This document shows positions 50,657-61,093 of a stretch of DNA of 64,000 nt, in pieces; the first letter of the stretch is position 1, and each line of letters opens with the position of its first letter. Both the position numbers and the translations under genes were made by a program. The stretch is from sequence record DRR723986_618, one strand, 5' to 3'. The notes below the pieces were generated by a model, which was given only the letters and a program-made list of their open reading frames with translations, was not told the origin of the DNA and ran no database searches.

Positions 50657-51729
50657 GACGCTCGGACCCGTTCACACATACCCTGATCAAATTTTTCCAA
50701 TGCCTGCTCCACGACATGAGGACTGAGCAGGTAGCCGTGACGATAGAGGCCGTTCACTACCAAACGGCCCGGCTCAGCCATGACCACCGGTAAGTTGTTT
50801 GGCATCGCCGGCCGGCAATGCGACCAGGCATGCTCTACCTCCGCTTCCGCAAAACCACTGTGCAAGCTGTACAACGCCGACAGTAGCTCCAAATGACTGC
50901 GCACTGTCACCGGCGCCATCGACTCGCTCTCGATCTCCGTGGCACCAATCACATAGCGATTATCCGGCCGTGGCGCGATGTAGAGCTTGTAGCGCGGGTG
51001 CATCAAGCGCACTGGGCGCTGTAAGTTCACCTCCGGCGCATGCAGCCACAATACCTCACCGCGCACGCCCCGCAGCCCCGCCAATTGTCCCTTGGCACCA
51101 ATCCCACGGCAGTCGACGACGCAATCAAAATCTTGCCAGCGGCCCTGCGCATACAGACGCCCCGGCTCAATGTCAGTAACGTCGACATGCTCGTGCCACT
51201 GGCCTGAAAGATCGGCGATGGCGCGATCGAGAGCACGAAGTAGCGCGCTGTTATCGAGGTAGCCCTCGTGAGGCAGGAACAAACCGTTGCGATAACGACC
51301 CGCTAACTCCGGCTCCAGTTCCGCGAGGCGCGCCGCAGAAAGTTGCTCAACATCGGCTAAATGATCTGGCACGACCGCCTGCAACTGCTGGAGAAAATGC
51401 GCCAGTGTGGACTGGTCCAGTTCGTGCGCAACGACAACACTGCCATCAACGCGGCATGTGATATCCACGCCGGTTGCTTCGCCCAGCTCAGCAATGTGCT
51501 GTGGCCACCACGCGAGAGCGCGCAAGCCCCAATCGAAAACCTGACGCTCGGCGCTCGCCACTTCAGTGTACGGCGCCAGCATCGACGCGGCGATACGCGC
51601 CGCGCTCTGCTCGGCAGCGCGACTACCGCGTTCAAAGATACAGAGCCGGTGCCCACGCTGCAGCAACTTCCAGGCGAGCAAGCGTCCCAGCAAACCGCCA
51701 CCAACAACGGCAATAGATATTGCGCTCAT
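50653..51729 (-). CDS. thiO: Glycine oxidase ThiO (FAD-dependent)
   Basis: GGGLLG, AASMLAP, GAT, RP, GLYRHG; between thiC and thiS. Confidence 0.88.
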   Translation of the reverse strand: MSAISIAVVGGGLLGRLLAWKLLQRGHRLCIFERGSRAAEQSAARIAASMLAPYTEVASAERQVFDWGLRALAWWPQHIAELGEATGVDITCRVDGSVVVAHELDQSTLAHFLQQLQAVVPDHLADVEQLSAARLAELEPELAGRYRNGLFLPHEGYLDNSALLRALDRAIADLSGQWHEHVDVTDIEPGRLYAQGRWQDFDCVVDCRGIGAKGQLAGLRGVRGEVLWLHAPEVNLQRPVRLMHPRYKLYIAPRPDNRYVIGATEIESESMAPVTVRSHLELLSALYSLHSGFAEAEVEHAWSHCRPAMPNNLPVVMAEPGRLVVNGLYRHGYLLSPHVVEQALEKFDQGMCERVRAS

Positions 51730-51735
51730 GCGCGC

Positions 51736-53646
<1,911 letters not shown>

Positions 53647-53705
53647 TCAGTGTTGTAAACACAGGGAGCAGATCGTCAGTAGAGACGGAATATGACTGAG
53701 GCGAC

Positions 53706-53803
53706 CTTGTTCCCTACGCTGGCATTATCCAGATCAGGTGCAACGGGACTCGCTACGCGATCTCAGCCCTGGCCGATTTGGCCGTGACGGGCGCCCCGAC
53801 AAG
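53706..53803 (-). ncRNA. TPP riboswitch
   Basis: The - strand reads CTTGTCGGGG..GGGCTGAGA..CCCGTTGCACCTGATCTGGATAATGCCAGCGTAGGGAACAAG, upstream of thiC. Confidence 0.95.
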
Positions 53804-53878
53804 AGTTTGTCAGTGTAGGGTGGGGGCAAGGCAATGGCAAGAGGCAAGCGGCTTAGCGCCCCACGAACAACGAGCCAT

Positions 53879-53902
53879 AAAAAAAGCCGCTACAGCGGCT
53901 TT
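53879..53902 (-). terminator. Rho-independent terminator after the DUF6447-like gene
   Basis: A-run then AGCCGC-TACA-GCGGCT stem (U-tract on the - strand). Confidence 0.75.
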
Positions 53903-53924
53903 GTTACTCGGCTTACACAAGCGA

Positions 53925-54128
53925 TTATTGATTCACTTTTGGCAGGGCTTCTGACAATGCGCGAGCATAGGCATTGCGGGCTGTTTGCAGTACTGCCAAA
54001 TCCTGTTGAGTTGTCGCGATCTTTTGATCGGCCACTCGCACATTCATAAGCTGATTTTTGGCTTCACTACTCAGTGATTCCAAGTCGTATTCTTTTCCAT
54101 CAATGGTAATGGTTTGAGCTTGCGTCAT
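53925..54128 (-). CDS. Small protein, DUF6447-like
   Basis: ITIDGKEYDLESLS.EAK..L....D..I...QTARNAY pattern; AAGGA RBS. Confidence 0.75.
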   Translation of the reverse strand: MTQAQTITIDGKEYDLESLSSEAKNQLMNVRVADQKIATTQQDLAVLQTARNAYARALSEALPKVNQ

Positions 54129-54372
54129 GATTAAAATTCCTTTTTTACTGTTTACAATCCGTTGTTACCTTCCAAGCACCTCATTAGTAGTATTTAAAAA
54201 AACCATTGAGACACTTTCCAGCACGTTTAAACGCGCTTCCAAGTAAACTGCTGCTTATTAATTTATAGCAAAGCACTAATACTTTGACGCAACAAATTTA
54301 CCAGCTTTAAGGCATTGCCTCAATGCTCCGACTAAGTAAGATTCATCATCGCAAATCTATACCGTCATCTTT

Positions 54373-54945
54373 TTACCTCTGCGACGCCAGCATTTCGTTG
54401 TACAGGCGATCTCTATAGTCTCTAACCTGCTGATCAACCCTCATGCGGTCTTGTAATTCGCGAGCGGCGACCTGCTCCCGCAATTCTATGCGCTCTAAAC
54501 TGGTAATCGTCCCAGACGAAATTTGCCTGGCCATTTCGCTTTCCCTGGCCAAGCTCCGCTGCCACAAATCATTGCGCAACTCATCAGCATATTGAGACAC
54601 GGCGCGACCGAGTTGCTCCGGCGTTCGCACCACCATCCTGCCATCCTCTTCATCCTTCGCATCTAGCGCTATTCGTGAACGCCCATACTCAAGGCGCAGC
54701 TCGACAGCGGCGCGGTGAAAATCACTATTTACAGCATCTTCTCGTTGCCACGCGTCTTTACTCAGCTCCAAAGCATTCCCGGACGATTTTACGGAGGACT
54801 GTATTGCTGCTAATTCTGCGGTGCGCTTTTCATTCAAATTCTTCAATAGCGACGCATAACTATCAGAGAGCTCCTCCCTATTCGTTGACTGCGTAAACAG
54901 CTCAGAAAAATGACGGCTATTATCCTGCCCATAGGGAATTATCAT
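54373..54945 (-). CDS. Hypothetical charged alpha-helical protein
   Basis: 190-aa ORF with GGAG RBS; no recognised motif. Confidence 0.6.
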   Translation of the reverse strand: MIIPYGQDNSRHFSELFTQSTNREELSDSYASLLKNLNEKRTAELAAIQSSVKSSGNALELSKDAWQREDAVNSDFHRAAVELRLEYGRSRIALDAKDEEDGRMVVRTPEQLGRAVSQYADELRNDLWQRSLARESEMARQISSGTITSLERIELREQVAARELQDRMRVDQQVRDYRDRLYNEMLASQR

Positions 54946-55125
54946 TTTTTAACTCCACGGATTTCTCTAGATATTTCCAACAACCATTACTTGGCAACCA
55001 ACTAAAAAGCAATCTTCATGCCCACAGAGCAAGACCTTAAAAGTCAGAGATAACAGCTAGTTAAAATTATTATAGCGGAGCCCTATATTAATAGTCCGGC
55101 AATCTTTAGCCTTTATGGCTCCCAT

Positions 55126-55152
55126 AAAAAAACCCGGCCGAAGCCGGGTTCT
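55126..55152 (-). terminator. Rho-independent terminator after the large secreted protein gene
   Basis: AAAAAA-CCCGGC-CGAA-GCCGGG-TT. Confidence 0.75.
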
Positions 55153-55194
55153 CGCGTCAGCGCCGACAAGCAGCGCTGAGAGGGGTAGTCGGAA

Positions 55195-58100
55195 TTAACC
55201 GATTTCGATAACGCCAATAGTACCAGTACCTACTGCCTCGATACCCGTATAGGCACCTACCAGCTCAACAACTGTGTCGGTCGCGCCATCCTGGAATACG
55301 AAGGTGCTATCAACAGCAGTGATGAAGCCATCGCCATCGGCATCGTACTGGAAGGCAACCGTTTCGTTGGTGCCGTTCAAGTTAGCTGCCAGGTAAGACA
55401 GGGCGTCAGTCAAGCTGATCTGGCCTGCACCGGTACCCACACCTTGATCGGCAACATAACCATCGACGTTATCGAAGGTTACCAAGCCGTTCGCGGCAAT
55501 GCTGTGGGACTTCGCTGCACCGGCATTGGTACCGTTCACAGCTGCTACTGGTGCAGAGATCAGCGTTGAAGCCAGATCCAGGACATCGCTACCAGCGGTC
55601 AGGCTACCCGCCACTGTACCCAGTGCTGACGCACCTGATGATGCGTCGAAACCAACAACCACATCCCAGGCAGAAGCCGTAGACTCGCCATCGGCAATGA
55701 CGATGGTGTCAATTCGGCCATCTAGAACAGACGAGTCCTGCATAACGTATTTATCTGCGCCGGTGCCACCAGTGAAGATATCGTTATTGATGCTACCCAC
55801 AGCGGCATCGTTGCCAGAGCCGCCGTTAAAGGTGAGGCTGCTAGCAGCGCCAGAACCGTTCCACATCGCGACGTCGTTGCCCACACCACCGTTAAAGGTG
55901 TAGTTACCTACCCCCTGGTAGATAGAGAGGTCGGCGTTTGCAGTAGTGGTATTGGCATTCACTTCAGCCAACTTACCGTCGAGTACCGCAGAGGCGGTCT
56001 GCAAGTTGTCACCAGTCCAGCGCACGCTCAGGTTAGAGCCATCGCCAACTGCCAGCATTTGGTCAGTGGTTACACCGCCACCACCAGTGTGAAGCTTGAC
56101 GCTGGTTACACCGCCACCCAATGCAACGGTAGTTGTTGCCAAGGTCGCATTGATGCCCGTGCCGTTGTTATCAACCACGCTATCAATACCAGTACCTACG
56201 TCGTAGGTATCGTTACCGTCTTTAGCTTGGATAGTATCGTTGCCAGCACCGGTGTTAATGACGTTGTTGCCGCGGTCACCCGCCACCACGTCCCAACCAC
56301 TGCCAGTTGTGATGCGGTCCGACTGCGCAGAACCCTGGATCATATTGTCGCCATTACCAGCCACAATTTTGATGCTGTTACCGGCCGAGCCAAGCGCGTC
56401 AAAGTTGTTGTCACCGTTGCCCAGTGAAACAGTGGCATTGTTGCCCAAGGAAATAACACGCGCAGTAACATCCCCACCCACAGCGGTTGAATCAAAGCTG
56501 TTCAGTGAGTTGTTAAGCGGTGCGCCCGATACCACACCCAGGTTGACGTCACCCTGTGCACTCACGCTCAAAGAGGCCATATCTTTCGCGTAGATATTGT
56601 TGATGGTCGTCATTGGCGAGTTGAAAGCACTAATCGCGCTTTCTACGTCTTCATCGGCAACCTTGATATCCATGCCGGTGACACCGTGAGCAGTCAACTG
56701 ACCAAGGGTGTAGCTCTGAGCACCTGCATCAACGAAGTCCAAAGCGGAGTTGATGTTTACGGTCAGGGCATTGGCGCTGTTGTTTTGCAGCGTTACACCG
56801 TTGAAGGTTGCGTTGAACACTTCGTTGTCGTCAACCAGGTTATTCGGATTGTTATTACCGTCAAAGGTATCCAAATCGGCAGAGAAGTTCAGCTCTGTCA
56901 GCTTGGTGTCAGTGAGAGTAATAACATCGGTAGTTTGTACACCGGGAATATTGAATGGCTCAGCCGTCAACGGAGAAGCATCTGGGTCACCATCGGCAGC
57001 GATATCCGCCAAGATAACCAAGTTATCAACGTCAGCGTTGGCCATGCCCAGTGTTACGTTTTGGTTAGCGATGATATGCAGGTTCTCGATATCAGTCAGA
57101 GTCAGGTTACTGTCTTGACTGAAAGCAGCGCGAACTGTGTCATTACCACCAGCGTCACTGATTTTGTCGCCACCGGTAAAGTCGTCGATATTCATAAACG
57201 TCAGAATATCGTCGCCAGAGCCCAGGCGAATGTCCTGGTCCACAGTATTGATCGGCGCGACGTTATCACCCACGGTCAGGCGAAGGTCGCTCTTCTGAGC
57301 AGACGCCTCAATAACCTTGGCAACAAGGGGGTTGGCTACGGTGTATGTCTGACCCGCAACACCACCGTCCAAGGTGATTGTGCCAGTGTGCTCTTGCGCC
57401 TTAGTCAGCGTTACCGTGTTGCTCTCAGTATCGTTGTCGTGAATGGTCACATTCTCAACACGACCGTCCTGCAGATCACTGTCATTATCAAGGTTGTCGC
57501 CATCAAAGTTCAGAGTGTAATTAAATACCGTTTGGGTATTCAGATCATTCTCTACCGTGATTGCAATAGTGTCATTATTGCCCGTTGCATCTTTGAGCAA
57601 AGCATTAACTGTTGGCGCACCGGTAAAGCTTGCACCATGACGCAGAGTTAAGGCGTTCTCCGCCAGGTTTGCGTTCAGATCCATGAGGTTGAACACCCCA
57701 CCACCGAAGCCCTGCTCATCACGCATCAACACACTGCTCAAGCTGGCATCGAATGCATCGAAGTCAACAGTGTGAGCACCACCTTGTTGGCGCAGCTCAA
57801 GGTTTTGGATATTGCTGATAGAAGCGTTACCAGCAATATTATTGGTAGTCCACAGCGTGTTGTTGCCTGCACCGCCATCAATCACATCACGGTTTGAAGG
57901 CGTTGTTGCCGCTACTGCAGCGCTGGTGTAGAAAGTATCATCTCCTGCACCACCTTTAACCACACCGTGTACGATCGCACCGGAGTTAGACGGGTCGGCA
58001 AAACCACCCAGTGAGCTGCTGATGTCGATGTTCATATCACCGGCAAAGGCAGTACCGTCAAGGTTCAGCAAGCCTACCGCCGCAGGGTTGTTGATACCGG

Positions 58101-59502
58101 GAGCGCCCAAGGACATGTACTCAGTGGACGTAACTGGCTGAACTGGCGTAAGGCTTACGATATCCAGATTGCCGCTACCCGTTACAATCAATGACTCCAT
58201 TTCGTTGACGGTGAAGTTATTGATATCAACGCCATTGATGGCATTGAGGTTTACTGTCTCAAAACCTTCAACAAAAGCACCCGCGCCGCGAGCGTTTTGC
58301 ATAACAGCATTTGCCAGAACATCATCCAGCTCAATATCCAGTTCCCGTGCAGGCGCATTACCATCGGTCAGTACACCTTGCTTATAGCGGAACAGTACAT
58401 TGACGTTATCAGACGCTGAATTAGAAACGCGCAGATCGCCCGCAGGCGTACCAATATTGTCCACCAAGACTGAGCCAGCATCTTGAGTAACACGATCAAT
58501 ATTGATCTTTTGGGTCGAATCGGAGTTACGTAAATCCAGTGTCGTGGTGCTACCAGTCCAATCAATGTTGATATTCTGAATATTGATCAGCTTAGGTGTA
58601 ACAACACCTGTTGTCCCTTCATCGGCGTTGATATTACCCATGGTGACATTCAAGGTATTGTCGGTTTTACCAGCTGTACCTGTGAGCACGTCTTCATCTT
58701 GCAGAGACAAGATGCGGTCAGAGCCGTCTGGAACAAATACCATAGGGGCATCGAAAACGTCAGCCGTAGCAACATCAGTGCCGCTGGTCAGCTGATAAGC
58801 GCCTGGAGTGCCGCCATTACCCGCTGGGTCAACGGTGATATTTACCGTTTGAGTAATGCTGGTTTTACCGTCCGAAATCACCACATCGAAGCTGTCGGTG
58901 CCACTGAACCCAGCATCGGGGGTGTAGGTGAATTGGTTGCTGCCGTTTACAGTTAAAGAGCCGTTTGCGGGGTTAGTGGGCGAGTAAGTCAGTGAATCGC
59001 CGTCCGCATCGGTTGCATTGATGGAGATAACGGTTGAGTCACCTTCGTCAACACTCACCGCCTGACTGGCAGCTGCCTCTGGAGCACGGTTTGCCGGTGT
59101 GCTGGACTTGCTACCGTTGTCGTCGTCATCGTCGTCTGAGGCGGCAACAATGGCCGCAGCACCGAGGACACCGGCACCGATCCACACGCCAGTAGGCACT
59201 GAGCCGCCGGACGAACCACCGGTTGATGCGCCGCCAGATGACTGTGCGTTGGTGTCAGCCAGAACCATTGCCGCAACGCCATTGTCGGCAGCAGCAACTT
59301 CTACGGCTTCAGTTTGAATTGCGCCTTCGCTAAGCGCCACTTCCTCTTCCAGCTTCTTCTCATCGTCGAAGAGGCCTTCCACAGGTGCGGTTTCTAGTTC
59401 GGCTTGGGGGGCTACAGCAGCTGCCAATTCGGCAGACAATGTGTCGACAGCAGTCGTATCCACATCCACTGTAATTTGCTCACGCGTTCCTTGCTTTTTC
59501 AT
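55195..59502 (-). CDS. Large T1SS-secreted surface protein (one Ig/cadherin-like domain + RsaA/S-layer-like beta-helix, RTX-like repeats)
   Basis: GGAG RBS before ATG 59502. Ig-like NRAP..FTYTPDAGFSGTDSF; RsaA-like LTSGTD..LQDEDVLTG; repeats GGAGDDTF, GSGDDIL, GAGNDTI, GGSGNDA. No Sec signal, no Cys seen; adjacent to T1SS genes. Confidence 0.8.
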   Translation of the reverse strand: MKKQGTREQITVDVDTTAVDTLSAELAAAVAPQAELETAPVEGLFDDEKKLEEEVALSEGAIQTEAVEVAAADNGVAAMVLADTNAQSSGGASTGGSSGGSVPTGVWIGAGVLGAAAIVAASDDDDDDNGSKSSTPANRAPEAAASQAVSVDEGDSTVISINATDADGDSLTYSPTNPANGSLTVNGSNQFTYTPDAGFSGTDSFDVVISDGKTSITQTVNITVDPAGNGGTPGAYQLTSGTDVATADVFDAPMVFVPDGSDRILSLQDEDVLTGTAGKTDNTLNVTMGNINADEGTTGVVTPKLINIQNINIDWTGSTTTLDLRNSDSTQKINIDRVTQDAGSVLVDNIGTPAGDLRVSNSASDNVNVLFRYKQGVLTDGNAPARELDIELDDVLANAVMQNARGAGAFVEGFETVNLNAINGVDINNFTVNEMESLIVTGSGNLDIVSLTPVQPVTSTEYMSLGAPGINNPAAVGLLNLDGTAFAGDMNIDISSSLGGFADPSNSGAIVHGVVKGGAGDDTFYTSAAVAATTPSNRDVIDGGAGNNTLWTTNNIAGNASISNIQNLELRQQGGAHTVDFDAFDASLSSVLMRDEQGFGGGVFNLMDLNANLAENALTLRHGASFTGAPTVNALLKDATGNNDTIAITVENDLNTQTVFNYTLNFDGDNLDNDSDLQDGRVENVTIHDNDTESNTVTLTKAQEHTGTITLDGGVAGQTYTVANPLVAKVIEASAQKSDLRLTVGDNVAPINTVDQDIRLGSGDDILTFMNIDDFTGGDKISDAGGNDTVRAAFSQDSNLTLTDIENLHIIANQNVTLGMANADVDNLVILADIAADGDPDASPLTAEPFNIPGVQTTDVITLTDTKLTELNFSADLDTFDGNNNPNNLVDDNEVFNATFNGVTLQNNSANALTVNINSALDFVDAGAQSYTLGQLTAHGVTGMDIKVADEDVESAISAFNSPMTTINNIYAKDMASLSVSAQGDVNLGVVSGAPLNNSLNSFDSTAVGGDVTARVISLGNNATVSLGNGDNNFDALGSAGNSIKIVAGNGDNMIQGSAQSDRITTGSGWDVVAGDRGNNVINTGAGNDTIQAKDGNDTYDVGTGIDSVVDNNGTGINATLATTTVALGGGVTSVKLHTGGGGVTTDQMLAVGDGSNLSVRWTGDNLQTASAVLDGKLAEVNANTTTANADLSIYQGVGNYTFNGGVGNDVAMWNGSGAASSLTFNGGSGNDAAVGSINNDIFTGGTGADKYVMQDSSVLDGRIDTIVIADGESTASAWDVVVGFDASSGASALGTVAGSLTAGSDVLDLASTLISAPVAAVNGTNAGAAKSHSIAANGLVTFDNVDGYVADQGVGTGAGQISLTDALSYLAANLNGTNETVAFQYDADGDGFITAVDSTFVFQDGATDTVVELVGAYTGIEAVGTGTIGVIEIG

Positions 59503-59504
59503 TT

Positions 59505-59635
59505 GTATCTCCCTGGGTACGAGTACTATCCGACATCCGCCGGAATCTCTACAGCAACTGATTTTGCAATCAGTATCCTGGTCAATAGCAAGCATCCTGC
59601 CTGCCGTGTCACGCGCTGTACTCAATCCTTGAAAC
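59505..59635 (-). promoter_or_regulatory. 5' leader with multiple GGA-loop hairpins (putative CsrA/RsmA sites)
   Basis: UCAA-GGA-UUGA, GCAGGCA-GGA-UGCUUGC, CAGGAU, UCCGGC-GGAU-GUCGGA, and CAGGGAG at the RBS. Confidence 0.5.
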
Positions 59636-59688
59636 AGACTTGCGTAACGCCGGTATGTACGAGTACCGGCTTGACATAAACTTTTTCG

Positions 59689-59724
59689 AGTTTGAAAGGT
59701 ACGTCAGCGCTGTCAACACGTCAA
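59689..59724 (-). promoter_or_regulatory. Putative overlapping sigma70 promoters of the surface protein gene
   Basis: On the - strand, TTGACG-17-TACCTT and TTGACA-16-CAAACT. Confidence 0.4.
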
Positions 59725-59914
59725 TACCCAGCAAAGCTGCTCGAAAGATTTTATCTTTAATTAAATCTTTTCGCTTTCCAGTTTGTTACAGCGCACTTTA
59801 ATGATGCACTATTAACAATCTAATTTAATATTTAAAGCGACACCACACTTTATTTTTAGGGTTTTTATAGCATAGTACAATGCCATAAAAACGCTACAAG
59901 ATAATAAAACTTTT

Positions 59915-61093
59915 TCAGCGCTCCGTTAACGCTTCAGCACTGCCGCGGCGCAAGGGCTTAAGAATATACTGCGCAACGGTTCTATGACCGGTAATAATCT
60001 CCGCCGTTGCTGTCATACCTGGTATCACTTCTATTGGTTCTATTCCCTTTCTTTCAGGTAACTGGGTGATCTTTACTTGCGCCCGGTAGTAAGGGTCTTC
60101 ATTTTGACGCAGATCTTCATCAATCGTGTCAGGACTCACATACACCACTTCACCTTCCAGCGCGCCATAGATACTGGAGTCATAAGCATCTAACTTCACA
60201 TTCGCTCTAAGCCCCGGCCTGACGAACGCCACGTCTTTTGAATAAATTCGCACCTCTATTAGCAAGGGCTCATCTGAGGGCACAATCTGCAACAGCTCAT
60301 CGCCCGCTTTAAGCACCGCCCCTAAGGTTGTAATGCGAATATTTTTAATACTGCCCGACATCGGCGCACGAATAATGGTAGCCGCCAACGCCTCTTGGCG
60401 TTGCTTGTAGATCTGTAATGTTTGCTCTAACTCTGCCTGGGTGCTCGCCAGTTCTTTTTGCGCGTCGCGGCGATATTCATTTTGCCTGTTAGTAAGCTCA
60501 GCAGTGAGCTCAACCACTTGGCGTCGCGCCGATAACACTTCTGACTGAGAGGCATCACCAGTGCGCGCCAACTGTTGCAAAGCGCTTAGCTCTTCCTGTG
60601 CAAGTCGCAGTGATTTTTTAACGCTGACTCGCTCTTCGCGCTGCTGACGGAGGCGCCTCGTATGCAGGTTCTTTTGTCGGTCGGCGAGGTCGCTTTCCCT
60701 TGCTACGGCATCACTAAATTTCAGCGGCGTGCCGTTGAGCTCAGCGCGTAAGCGTTCCACGTTTGCCGTTAGATCCAGCACTTTGGAGCGGGTCTCAGCG
60801 GCATTGGCGGCAAAACGGGTGCGGTCCAGCTCCGCCAGAACGTCACCAGCATTGACCAGCTCACCCTCTTTCACATTCAAACTTTGCAGAACACCACCGT
60901 CCACCACCTGGACGATTTGCGAACGACTAGAAACGATCACCTCGCCACTGGCCCTTACCTGCTCATCCAGTACTGCCCAGTTCGCCCACGCCACACTGGC
61001 CACAACGGTCAGCCCCATTACCCATAGCATTCGGCCAGCCGCGCCAATATTGATGGGACGAGACCGTGAGAATAAGTCCTCTGCGGAAATCAT
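59915..61093 (-). CDS. T1SS membrane fusion protein (HlyD/LapC-like)
   Basis: TM then VQVVDGG, IRAPMSG, IVP, YDSSIYG, PGMTAT, YILKP; start ATG 61093 overlaps the ABC stop. Confidence 0.93.
   Translation of the reverse strand: MISAEDLFSRSRPINIGAAGRMLWVMGLTVVASVAWANWAVLDEQVRASGEVIVSSRSQIVQVVDGGVLQSLNVKEGELVNAGDVLAELDRTRFAANAAETRSKVLDLTANVERLRAELNGTPLKFSDAVARESDLADRQKNLHTRRLRQQREERVSVKKSLRLAQEELSALQQLARTGDASQSEVLSARRQVVELTAELTNRQNEYRRDAQKELASTQAELEQTLQIYKQRQEALAATIIRAPMSGSIKNIRITTLGAVLKAGDELLQIVPSDEPLLIEVRIYSKDVAFVRPGLRANVKLDAYDSSIYGALEGEVVYVSPDTIDEDLRQNEDPYYRAQVKITQLPERKGIEPIEVIPGMTATAEIITGHRTVAQYILKPLRRGSAEALTER

Noticed and set aside
59503..59625. 41-aa Cys-containing N-terminal extension of the large surface protein
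   Set aside because: The GGAG RBS precedes ATG 59502, and the extension covers the structured leader
59640..59914. Possible c-di-GMP riboswitch or FleQ box upstream of the surface protein gene
   Set aside because: No GEMM GCAAA/GAAA-receptor architecture; the GTCAA/TTGAC words are better explained as -35 elements
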